DNA of 64,000 nt. It comes from Eledone cirrhosa (Eukaryota). The stretch covers positions 124,001-188,000 of the forward strand of contig CAXHJY010001591.1 of assembly GCA_964016885.1 (NCBI GenBank). Reading direction: 5' to 3'. Within the stretch, counting starts at the first letter, position 1; each line of letters begins with the position of its first letter. A program made the translations under genes and the position numbers. Below the pieces are notes generated by a model, which saw nothing but the letters and a program-made list of their open reading frames with translations, was not told the origin of the DNA and did no database searches. Shown piece after piece: positions 48,433-58,879 of this stretch.

Positions 48433-50272
48433 TATAACAAAATACTGGATTGTATGAATATAAAAAGACACTAGGTTGTGTATATAACGTTTAATTAACA
48501 AGTTGAAGTTATGTAGAAAAGTATAGTTGACAAGTCAATGAAAGTAGATGAAAGAATGAAGTAAAGTTATTTGTTACCGTTTTGAAGTTAGCTCGCAAGA
48601 GACCATGTTAGGGTTGGCAGTCGAACGCGCCTGGCCGAAGGGCCAGGCAGGTTAGAAGGCCAGGAGCAGAAAGGCAAATGAGAGAGAGAGATCTCTCTGA
48701 GTATCCCTTTTATAGGGTCCAAGACGGAAGTGACAAAAAGGGTTCTGCCACCCCCAACGGGAAGTAACTCCAGCTACTTCCTGTCTAGAGAGCGTTAATC
48801 TATTGGTGATGTGATCGTCACAACAAGGGAGGCAACTCTTGCTACATTATCTCCCGCCAGATTTTTAAAACATAAAAATCGAATGAATCATGTATGAAGT
48901 AAGATGGCGAGCATGTTGTAACACCAAAGTCCAAGCATGAAAATTACGAAAAAAATAATGTTTGCAATAAAAGGAAAACAGCAAAATATAAGCATGCAAA
49001 AATCAATGATAGATATCAAGGTAGCCAACCGCTCTTGGCCAAAGAACGACTGGACATCTATCTATCCATCACCCAAAGATACAATGTAATCAAAGTAAAA
49101 GAAGAGGTCAAAGTTCAAAATACAGTTCACAGGTGTGCAATCACATGACGGCAGGAAAGAAAGTGTGTTCCAGAGAATGAATGCAGGTGGTTTCTGGTCT
49201 GGGTATAACGTGAAATTTCCAACCCCCGAAGGGATTTTCTCACAGGAAGAGTGCTGCAAAAATAAATTCTCTGGCTTGTTCTGCTGGTTTTGGTTGTTGA
49301 TGAAGCTGTGTTGCTGTTTATGTTGTTGTCTCGCGGAGTGAGCGTATTCGATGTTTAAATTCACAGTAACAAATTTTCCAGAAAAAATGAGTTGCGCAAA
49401 GTGCTAGAAATAACAGCCAAAGTTGATGGTAGATGTTGAGAATGCGTTGACCTGGAAGGGTCAAGAGGCCAGCGACCAAAGAAATAAGCATTCTGAACAA
49501 ATGCGCAGTTTTCAACGGCAAATTTACGAGGTAAATTTTTAAACCGGCAAATATGAGAATATAGCTTAAGGCTGGAGAATCCTTGGCAAGAAACATTATC
49601 TATGGCGTGTGTTATCTCAGCGAGTCGAGATGTGTGCTCCTCACACGTGCCGAAACAAGGTTAAAGTCAAGTTGAAAAAAAAAAAATTTCTATTGCGTGA
49701 GAAAATGGCGCGAAAATGATAGTGCAACAGGTCGTTGGCAGCTATTTTGAAAAATTTGTGTGGGAACGTGATAATATGATGAAAAAGAAAGAAAGGCTTC
49801 ACTTGGTATAACAAATATCGCGAGTTCAATTTTTTTGTGAACAATGAAAAAAACTTGGTGGAAAGAATAAGCAATAGTTGAAATTCAGCGAAAATAAATG
49901 TTCATGTTGAAAAAGAGTCTGTCTGAACGAGAATTTCACATGTGCGTGTGTTCGTTTCTGTGTCTGCGAATTTTTCCTAGTTTGTTAATAAAGTTTGCTG
50001 CGTATTCGAAATGTTGGTCGACACATTCCAACTAAAATGGGGTACTGTTAATTAATTTTTTTTATATATATTCACACAACACCAGATCCTATCATTTTTT
50101 TATTTTTTTCGGGGTCACCACTTATAACAAAATACTGGATTGTATGAATATAACAAGACACTAGGTTGTGTATATAACGTTTAATTAACAAGTTGAAGTT
50201 ATGTAGAAAAGTATAGTTGACAAGTCAATGAAGGTAGATGAAAAAATGAAGTAAAGTTATTTGTTACCGTTT
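48433..50272 (-). mobile_element. Non-autonomous LTR element (TRIM/LARD-like): complete 3' LTR 48433-48846, non-coding interior, truncated 5' LTR 50123-50272
   Basis: 50123-50272 repeats 48433-48582 with ~3 differences. Minus-strand PBS TGGTGACCCCG at 50110-50120 directly follows the LTR end GTTATA; PPT ctggcgggagataa precedes TGTAGC at 48846. No recognisable retroelement ORF inside. Confidence 0.85.
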
Positions 50273-50760
50273 GAGTGCGGATGTGGTACCTCCATGATCT
50301 TATCTGCCAGCTCGGCGAGTCCTTCTATGGTGGTGGACTCCCTGGTGGATGCTAGTACAACTTGTGTGGCAGAAGGTAAACGCTGGAGGAAGAGTTGCTT
50401 GAAAATTTCATCCGGGAGTTTATGTTCCTCCAGGAGCTGCTTCATTCGCCGTAGGAGTTGTGTCGGCTTTTTATCTCCTAATTCCTCCGATATGAGGAGC
50501 TGGTGCAAACGTTTCTGCTGCGACTCCGACGTCCGCTTAACTAATGTTCTTTTAAATGTGTCATATGACACAGAGCCGGGTGGTGCTAAAATGAGGTCTC
50601 GAACCTCATTCATAATCTCCGGAGACATCGAACCGATGACATGTGTGAGACGGGATGCCTCGCTAACGATCCGGTTCGATGCGAACTGCGCTTCGATGTG
50701 CGCGAACCACAGTGTTGGATCGTGCACCCAGAATGGTGGAATCCTTAATGTAAAGACCGC
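50271..50760 (-). repeat. Inverted duplicate of the gag 5' region
   Basis: Reverse complement of ~50868-51358 with few substitutions (HIEAQ/HIDEQ, SMSPE/SMFPE, LISEE/LILEE, LEEH/LGEH, AEL/A*L). Confidence 0.95.
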
Positions 50761-53700
50761 CGTTACAAATGGTGACCCCGTAAAACAGACACACAACCTT
50801 CTGATCATCCACTACAAACGATGTCTCTAGCACACGACGATTCATCAGCGGCAGAAATGGCAGTCAGGGCGGCATTTACATTAAGGATTCCACCATTCTG
50901 GGTGCACGATCCAACACTGTGGTTCGCGCACATCGATGAGCAGTTCGCATCGAACCGGATCGTTAGCGAGGCATCCCGTCTCACACATGTCATCGGTTCG
51001 ATGTTTCCGGAGATTATGAATGAGGTTCGAGACCTCATTTTAGCACCACCCGGCTCTGTGTCATATGACACATTTAAAAGAACATTAGTTAAGCGGACGT
51101 CGGAGTCGCAACAGAAGCGTTTGCACCAGCTCCTCATATTGGAGGAATTAGGAGATAAAAAGCCGACACAACTCCTACGGCGAATGAAGCAGCTCCTGGG
51201 GGAACATAAACTCCCGGATGAAATTTTCAAGCAACTCTTCCTCCAGCGTTTACCTTCTGCCACACAAGTTGTACTAGCATCCACCAGGGAGTCCACCACC
51301 ATAGAAGGACTCGCCTAGCTGGCAGATAAGATCATGGAGGTACCACATCCGCACTCAACTTTAGCGAATGTGACGCCAGCCGTGCCTCCCACCAATCCTT
51401 TCCTTCAGCCATCCAGTGCCACAGAGATGCCCGATCTACACCAGTTACTGGCACAGCAGGCAACACAGATACAGGCCTTGACGCACCAAATTCAGGCCTT
51501 GTCACTGGGCAACCCTGCCACGCGTCGGTCCAACAGTCGAACTCGCCGATTTGGTGGTCGCTCAAGAAGTCCGAGCGCATCTCGGGATTCACCAGAAATG
51601 TGTTGGTACCACCAAAGATTCGGGAGACGAGCGCAAAAGTGCAGCCATCCCTGTTCATTTGTTTCGAAAACGAATCAGGGAAACGACACAGCCAGAAACT
51701 GAATGCGACGGACGTTTCTGGCCCTCATAACCAAAAGTCGCCTATTTTTCATTCAGGATCGCGTCACAGGTTTCCTGGTCGACACTGGTGCTGAAGTCAG
51801 CATCATCCCGGTTTCCTGCGTTCCTGGAAAAAGGAGAGAGACACCAGCCTGGCTCCAGGCGTGAATCACTCACATATTCCGACCTACGGAGAACAGTCCC
51901 TGACACTAAATTTGGGACTACGCCGCACTTTCCAGTGGGTATTCGTTGTGGCTAAGCTGCCGACCCCTATTTTAGGAGCTGATTTTCTTCAGCACTTCTC
52001 GCTGCTAATGGATCTGAAAAACCAACAACTCGTTGACAACTCCACTGGTCTCGCTGTGCGCGGCATAACCGCTAGGACAGCCACAGTCAGTCCAGTCATT
52101 TCACGATCGACAACAACAACCCGGCACAACCACATCATCAACAAATACCCAGACGTAGCTCGACCACTATTCAACGCTTGCCCTGTAAAACATGACGTCA
52201 CACACTACATAAAAACACACGGCCCACCTGTCGCTGCACGACCTAGAAGGCTACCACCAGACCGGCTGAAGTCCGTCAAACAAGAATTTCAGCACATGCT
52301 GGATCTCGGCATCATACGTCCGTCCAGCAGCAACTGGTCCTCACCCATACACTGTGTACCCAAGGAGACGTCGAACGACTGGCGAATCTGTGGCGACTAC
52401 CGTGCACTGAACAACTGCACCGTTCCTGATTCTTATCCAGTGCCTCATCTACAGGACTTCTCTAGCTCGCTGCACGGGGCTCGCATATTTTCGAAGATCG
52501 ATCTTGTGCGAGCTTACAATCAGATACCCGTTGAGCCCGCAGATATTCCAAAGACCGCAGTCACAACACCCTTTGGAATGTTCGAATTTCTGCGTATGCC
52601 TTTCGTCAAATCCATCAGATTTTCCACAACCTACATCTCTCCGCAAACTGCGAGAATTTCTTGGCCTGGTAAACTTCTACAGAAGATTTATACCCCACTG
52701 TGCAGAGACAGCCCAACCACTCACAGATTTGCTGCGGCAGCGTACAACCAAAAACGCAAACATCAAGCTCAGCGAAAAAGAATGTACCGCTTTCGCTGAG
52801 TTGAAGAAAATGTTGTCCGAGGCTACAATGCTGAGTTACCCCAAACCTGACGCCCCAATGTGTTTATTGACTGATGCATCCGATTTCGGAGTTGGAGGTG
52901 TGCTTCAAAAACTCTCTGGCGATATTTGGCGACCTGTATCTTTTTTCTCTAAGCGATTAAAACCCGCCGAAACTAAGTACAGCACATTCAGTCGTGAATT
53001 ATTGGCAGCATACCTTGCTGTCAAGCATTTGCGACACATGCTAGAAGGTCGTGTGTTCTCTATATACACCGACCACAAACCACTAGTGTACGCGTTCAAC
53101 GCCAAGCCTGACCGACACTCACCCAGGGAGGTCCGACATCTGGACTTCATTTCTCAGTACACTACTGATATTCGGTACATTAAGGGTGCCACCAACTCAG
53201 CAGCTGATGCCCTATCGCGCATGGAGCTTAACGCAATCCACACCACTGCCACTATCGACCTCCAGAGGATTGCAGCGGATCAATAGAATGACGAGGAACT
53301 GCTGCAACTCCGGAAATCATCCTTGAAATTGAAGGAATGCCCGCTGCCCTCTTCTTTGGGTTATATTTGGTGCGACATCTCCACAGGCCACGAGCGCCCA
53401 TACGTGCCCCGGAAACATCGACGCGACATTTTCTCGGCACTGCATTCTCTGGCACATCCTGGCGTCCACGCCACGCAGAAACTGATGGTTGCCCACTTTG
53501 TGTGGCCCAACATCAACAAAGACACCCGCGAATGGGCTAGGAACTGTATCGCGTGTCAGAAGGCGAAAATTCACCGGCACATCAAAGCCCCGATCGGTTC
53601 TTTCGCAACACCTGATGCACGGTTCCAACATGTGCATATAGACATCGTTGGACCTTTGCCTCCTTCTCACAACTACACTCATCTTCTCACATATGTCGAC

Positions 53701-55682
53701 CGATTTTCTCGCTGGCCAGAAGCTTTTCCCCTGACGGATATTACTGCGGAAACTGTCGCCAAAACGCTAGTGTTTCACTGGGTTTCGCGTTTCGGCACAC
53801 CCGCGACCATCACTACGGATAGAGGACGAACTGACTCGTCTCCTCGGGTGCAAACACATCCGTACAACAGCGTATCAACCTGCCGCTAACGGCATGGTAG
53901 AACGCTTCCACCGCCAACTAAAAGCATCTATCAAGGCTTACGAAGACTCCACTAACTGGTTCGAATACCTCCCACTCATTCTTCTTGGTATTCGTTCCAC
54001 TGTTAAGGAGGGAGTCGGACATTCTCCGGCTGAAATGGTGTATGGCACCGTACTCACTCTACCCGGACAAATGATTACTCCTGTTTCGACACAAGAGCTT
54101 CCAGACCCTACAAAATATGTGCACCGTTTACGGTCATCGATGTCGCATCTGTCTCCTTCAGCCCCTAAACAACAGCACGTTACTTCACACATACCAAAAG
54201 ACATCGATACATGGACGCATGTTTTCGTTAGAAATGACGGTATTCCATCGCAACTTCGTCCGCTGTATTCCGGGCCCTATAAGGTGATACAGAAACGCCC
54301 TAAGTATTTCGTCCTCGACTTCAACGGGAAACGAAATACCGTCTCCATTGATCGTTTAAAAAAAGCGTTCATAGAACAGGAATTGCCACCAGTACCCACC
54401 GTTTCTCCAGCAGACTCACCAACAACTTTGCCCGACACAAACACGACAAATTCTGCACAACCCCGACACACCAAATCTGGAAGAACAGTCCGATGGCCCA
54501 CGCGATACGTACAAGTTTATCGGGTAAGTACAAATTATGCATCTGGTCGACATTTCGGCTAATTTGTACATTTCAACGAATCGGCCAATTTCTGTGGTCA
54601 TGAACTATTGCTACATACAAATCAATTAACTCTGTGCATCACCCACATCAAAAGAACAGACAAAAGAACATTTTTCCGTTTTTATGAAATGAACGAACTT
54701 TTAATCAACAAACTTTTCGTACGAACATTTTCAATTTTATGTAACATCACTACATTTTCCTGCATGTAAATTTCTTTTGCTTTGCATGTTTTCTTTCATT
54801 TCTCCTGTTTGTAAATGACTTTCATGTGTTTTTTTATTTTTACTGATTTTCTTCAACAACACACCTAGTCATGCCTATCTTCATTTCACATGCACCTAGA
54901 TCGTTCAATCTTAGCTTTCTCACTGGAAGGGGGTTACTATAACGGCGGCGAAGATTCGAAACCGAATCTGAGCTTTCCCGCCTCTGGGACAAACCGTGGT
55001 AACTTGTTTACGCTCAAGAGACTAACCCCTTGGGAAGAGGCTAAACACAGGTCAGAGGTGTTTACGCCTGACAGAAAATAGGTCAGAGGATATATCCATC
55101 TTTCTGACTTGTTTACGCTTGGCAAACTAATCCCTTGGGAGACTAACCAAAGTTCAGAGGATATATCTATCCTTTTAACTTCAATTCTTATAAATACAGG
55201 GGTTGTTCACGCCCCGACAGAAAAGAAGTGATATACAGACAAGACAAGTCGCATTTACAAGCTCTCGTCACGAAAAACCAGTCTGCCAATTATTCTCACC
55301 TTCCTGGCTGATCGCTGACTCCTGCAATACAAATAAGTAAATATACAGATACGCACACACGCATTCATAGTGAGTTCAGTATTTTTACACGCACCATTCA
55401 TTTCTGTTTACACATATTGTACCTTTCTGATACAGTACAAATTATATTATAATCGTATTCTGTGATATTTGAATTTACGTGGCTCGAAGAGCCACCAAAT
55501 TATTGTATGAATATTTTGTGTTATTGATTTTATCATTCAATATTCAAATTGAATATTGTTATAATAAAATAAACTGTGTAACAGCACAAACCTGGTATTT
55601 TTCTTTACATCGAAACCACCATACCAACAGTTACATCCATCCATCCACTTATCGTTACAACCACACATAATATTCCGTTACA
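50760..55682 (+). mobile_element. Ty3/Gypsy LTR retrotransposon (defective): 5' LTR remnant, PBS, gag, PR, RT-RH, IN, PPT, 3' LTR 54938-55682
   Basis: ccgttaca-aa-TGGTGACCCCG (PBS 50770-50780, complementary to the tRNA-Trp 3' end); gag RIPPFW...CWYHQRFG; protease [10 protein letters not shown]; [27 protein letters not shown]; RH TDASD, YTDHKPL; IN HSLAHPG...CIAC, HIDIVGP, TDRG, VERFHRQLK, GPY; PPT ggaaggggg; LTR TATAACGG...CCGTTACA. Contains stops, frameshifts and an RT deletion. Confidence 0.95.
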
Positions 55683-56510
55683 TAGGTTACTTATGTACTC
55701 CGGATGGTCATGGGCACTTTCATTTTTCCAGATATTGATTATAGGGGCCTCCCGGTAGATAACCCCCTTTAACCATTTCCTTGGAGTCGACTGAAGAACT
55801 GCAGTGCAATGCAACAAAACGTCATAACGTCTGGAGTTCGCAACCGATTTTCACAAAACTTGACACATGGGCTACGTTTGTCCTACAGATTGTAGTGACT
55901 GAGATGGTCGCTTAGCAACTAGCAGTTGCCTCCCCTTAACAACTCTTCAGAGAGCGGAGGCAAGATACATCCGGTCACAGACGCGGACATGAACAGACGT
56001 GAAAGGATTCGCTCCTAAAAAAAATATTGACCATGCTGGCTTCGTGAGGGACTATGTGAAAATGCCCTCCTTCGGATCAAGGACGCCACGATATCCGACT
56101 AATAGGCATTCGCTTATTCCTTCGTTATTCCTGCACCGGAGAATATAATTACACTACTTCTATTAACCCACAAGATATGTTTGAATTGACATTGTACATA
56201 ATTTATTAAATGTCGCATTTAATAAAGGATCGTTGATTTTTTTACTGCCCCCCCCCCCCCCCCCTTCTGGAGTCATTTATTTCTACAAAGAGAAACGATG
56301 TATTGTCCATTCATCGACAAACATTCTTGTGAACTCTCAGAATTGGCACATATTGAGTAGGGGACCCCTGAGAGCAGGAACCCCCTTTTGGAAAAAGCCG
56401 ATGATTTTGTAAAAGTATAGTTTTCGAAGTAGCACTGAAGTATTGACATAAATGGTATACACAACTGCTATTTAATACCCGAGCAACGCCGTGTACCTCT
56501 GCTAGTCTAT

Positions 56511-56567
56511 AATAAAGACATCTATGAGATTGTGTAGATTCTATACAATCTCATAGATGTCTTTATT
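56511..56567. repeat. 28-bp near-perfect palindrome
   Basis: aataaagacatctatgagattgtgtaga-t-tctatacaatctcatagatgtctttatt; one mismatch. Confidence 0.9.
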
Positions 56568-57430
56568 CTTATTGGCAAAATCACATTCTGTTTACATCTA
56601 TGTTACTAATGATAAACTAACATCATCACCATCATTGTTTAATGTCCACTTTCTCTGCTAGTAAGGTTTGGATGTGTCATCACAGACTGATGGTGGGGGC
56701 GCTGAGGGTATTACGTGGCCGTGGCCCCAAAAGTTTGAGAACCTCTGATCTAATACATCCTTTCCTTATTTATAAAACTGTAGGCTGGGGTTGGAAGGAG
56801 ATTTAGGAGCTATTTCTAGCAGATTGAGTAGTGGGATTGAAAAGCAATGTTTATTGTGATTTTTCTACTCAAGCACTATCTAATAATTTTTTTTTTCCCA
56901 ACTAGACATCAATATAATTTTATTAAGGCATAAATGTCAACATGATATTACAAATAGAAAGAGAAAAAAGAAAAAGAAACACACACACACACAAGCAGGT
57001 AATCAACACATCTAGGACTACATACAACAAAAGGCAGAGCAAAAGATAGCATGTTTCTAACATAGGCGCAATATCAAAATCTGGTTAAAAGCAATTAATC
57101 GATTAAATTGATTCAGTACATGACTGGTACTTTATTTTACTGATCCAGGTTAAAGGGTAAGATCGTCTGGCCTTTTCCCATCAAGTCTGGATAGTAGGGA
57201 TGACTCCAGAATTGAAGGGATACTGATTCTAGTCCGCCTAATTAAGTTCAACTCGGTAAGACGAGCGAAGCGGCTTAAGTATCATAGAAATGACTGAAAA
57301 GGCCAAGAACAGAGAGAGAGAGAGTCAATCAGACGACGAAATGTCAAATTAAGCAGAGGTGATAAATATGTTACATGAAAACTTACTTCGTATTAGTATA
57401 CATACGAATAATAATATTTAAAAATGTTAC

Positions 57431-57723
57431 CTTTGGAAATAATGCAACAGGAAAAGTCCTAGTAGGATTCTGTTGGGCCATTCTTTCAAACGAGATGAAT
57501 CGGCGAATAAAATGAGACAAGCAGAGACCCAAAGGCAAGGCGATTCTTGTATAACCCAAGCGAGCCTGCAATTTATCATGTAGCCCCAACCACGAGATGA
57601 ATAACGACCGTAAGGCGCCGGCAACTTGAACATTACTAGGAACACGACCAATGGCAAAACGAAGAAGATCGTAATAACATATTTCAAAAGATCCCTGTCG
57701 TCAGCTATTAAAGTTTCAAACAT
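57431..57723 (-). CDS. SRD5A1: Steroid 5-alpha-reductase (SRD5A1-like), coding exon 1 of 5
   Basis: ATG at 57723; translates MFETLIADD...APYGRY...AWVIQESP...LHYFQ(R), with the SRD5A motifs YGRY, WxxQE and HYxxR. Donor AG|gtaaca at 57431/57430. 293 nt, phase 2. Confidence 0.93.
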
Positions 57724-58100
57724 TTTGATTTGGCTTCGGATTTACTATTGACAATGAAGGTCGGTGCGATTATTGCGTTAAGTTGTGGTGCCCCTTTTGA
57801 TGAATGATGGAGATGTTTGTAATTTGCGACGATGAGCCTTGATAGAACTGAATTCTGTACAAAAGAAAAATAACACGTATTCGAATTATTTTTTAAATAC
57901 GTTATTGTGTTATTGTTTTTTTTTTACGGAAGTATGTTTTTCGTAATTTGTTTCTCGGTAATTTCAGTTTTTGCCAAACAAGGATAACTGTTATGAATCT
58001 GATTGGTCACAAGGTGTATTTATTGCACCCAAATTGTTAACGGTTGTAAAAATATCAATTATATTCGGGAAATTCTTTTTTAATCAACCGGTGCAGAAAG
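57724..58100 (-). promoter_or_regulatory. Probable 5' UTR and proximal promoter of the SRD5A1-like gene
   Basis: Apparently non-repetitive, locally CpG-enriched sequence just upstream of the ATG, with a CCAAT box on the minus strand (gaccaatc, ~58001-58008). The TSS cannot be determined from sequence. Confidence 0.4.
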
Positions 58101-58787
58101 AGATACCAACAGACGTCTAGTAGTTGTGTGGGTGGTCCGTCACAACCAGTTGTGTTTTTGTGTGATATCTATGGATCGACGACAGGATTTTATGAATAAA
58201 ACTGTACATATATCTATCATTACATACATTTCTGTATTCTCCATCTAATATATATGCAAAGATTATATAACATACATAGCTTATATAACATTCATACATA
58301 CATTATACAGGTCTCTCTCTCTTTCTCTCTCTTGCTCTATCTATCTATTTCGTGCGCGCAGGGACACGTATGCATACGGGTAGCGATGTGCGAGCTGGGA
58401 GATAAGATAATTTGAGTAGAATAAACGATGTTATCTTCCTCGTTGTTAATAGATAAATTAATATAAGTCTAGTTTTTAAACAATCACGCGCGCGCACATA
58501 ATCACATGCATACAATGTTTAAATATCTCAAATATTTAGATATTTTTTGATAATTTTTTTATAATTACACCCGTTTCGTATTGGAGGTAACATGTATATT
58601 TTTCTTGTAGTTTTTGATGTTTTGAACGAATCTGACGATGAAAACCGCCTGAAATTATTCGTTTTTTTAATTATCTAGATGGAAGGCGCACCCTAGGTAT
58701 TCTAGGGTGTGCGAATATTACACCCGTATCGTTTTGAAAGTAAAATTGATGTTTTCCCTCTGGTTTCTGATGTAGTTTGAATGTGTG

Positions 58788-58852
<65 letters not shown>

Positions 58853-58879
58853 ATCATATCCTACATCAATTAAAGCGTA

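Larger units (their letters stand above)
47765..56505 (+). mobile_element. Non-autonomous Helitron split by the LTR composite (halves 47765-48432 and 55683-56505)
   Basis: 5' A|TCTACTATATAAA; 3' hairpin cccgagcaacgccgtgt then CTAG|T, a similar end to the 36857 Helitron. Sequence appears to read through the TAGG duplication. Confidence 0.8.
47577..56747. mobile_element. hAT-type MITE split by nested insertions
   Basis: Termini CATTGTTTTCCAAA...TTTGAGAACCTCTG (CAGnGnTTCnCAAA-type TIR), flanked by an 8-bp TSD ATCTAATA at 47569-47576 and 56748-56755. Confidence 0.8.

Noticed and set aside
50261-51302. ORFs antisense to the gag copies (189 and 165 aa)
   Set aside because: Shadow frames of the gag sequence, duplicated by the inversion; no independent evidence of coding.
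54938-55563. Alternative Gypsy 3' LTR end at GTTATA (55563)
   Set aside because: The 5' LTR remnant ends ccgttaca, matching 55675-55682, and only that end is followed by the TAGG duplication.
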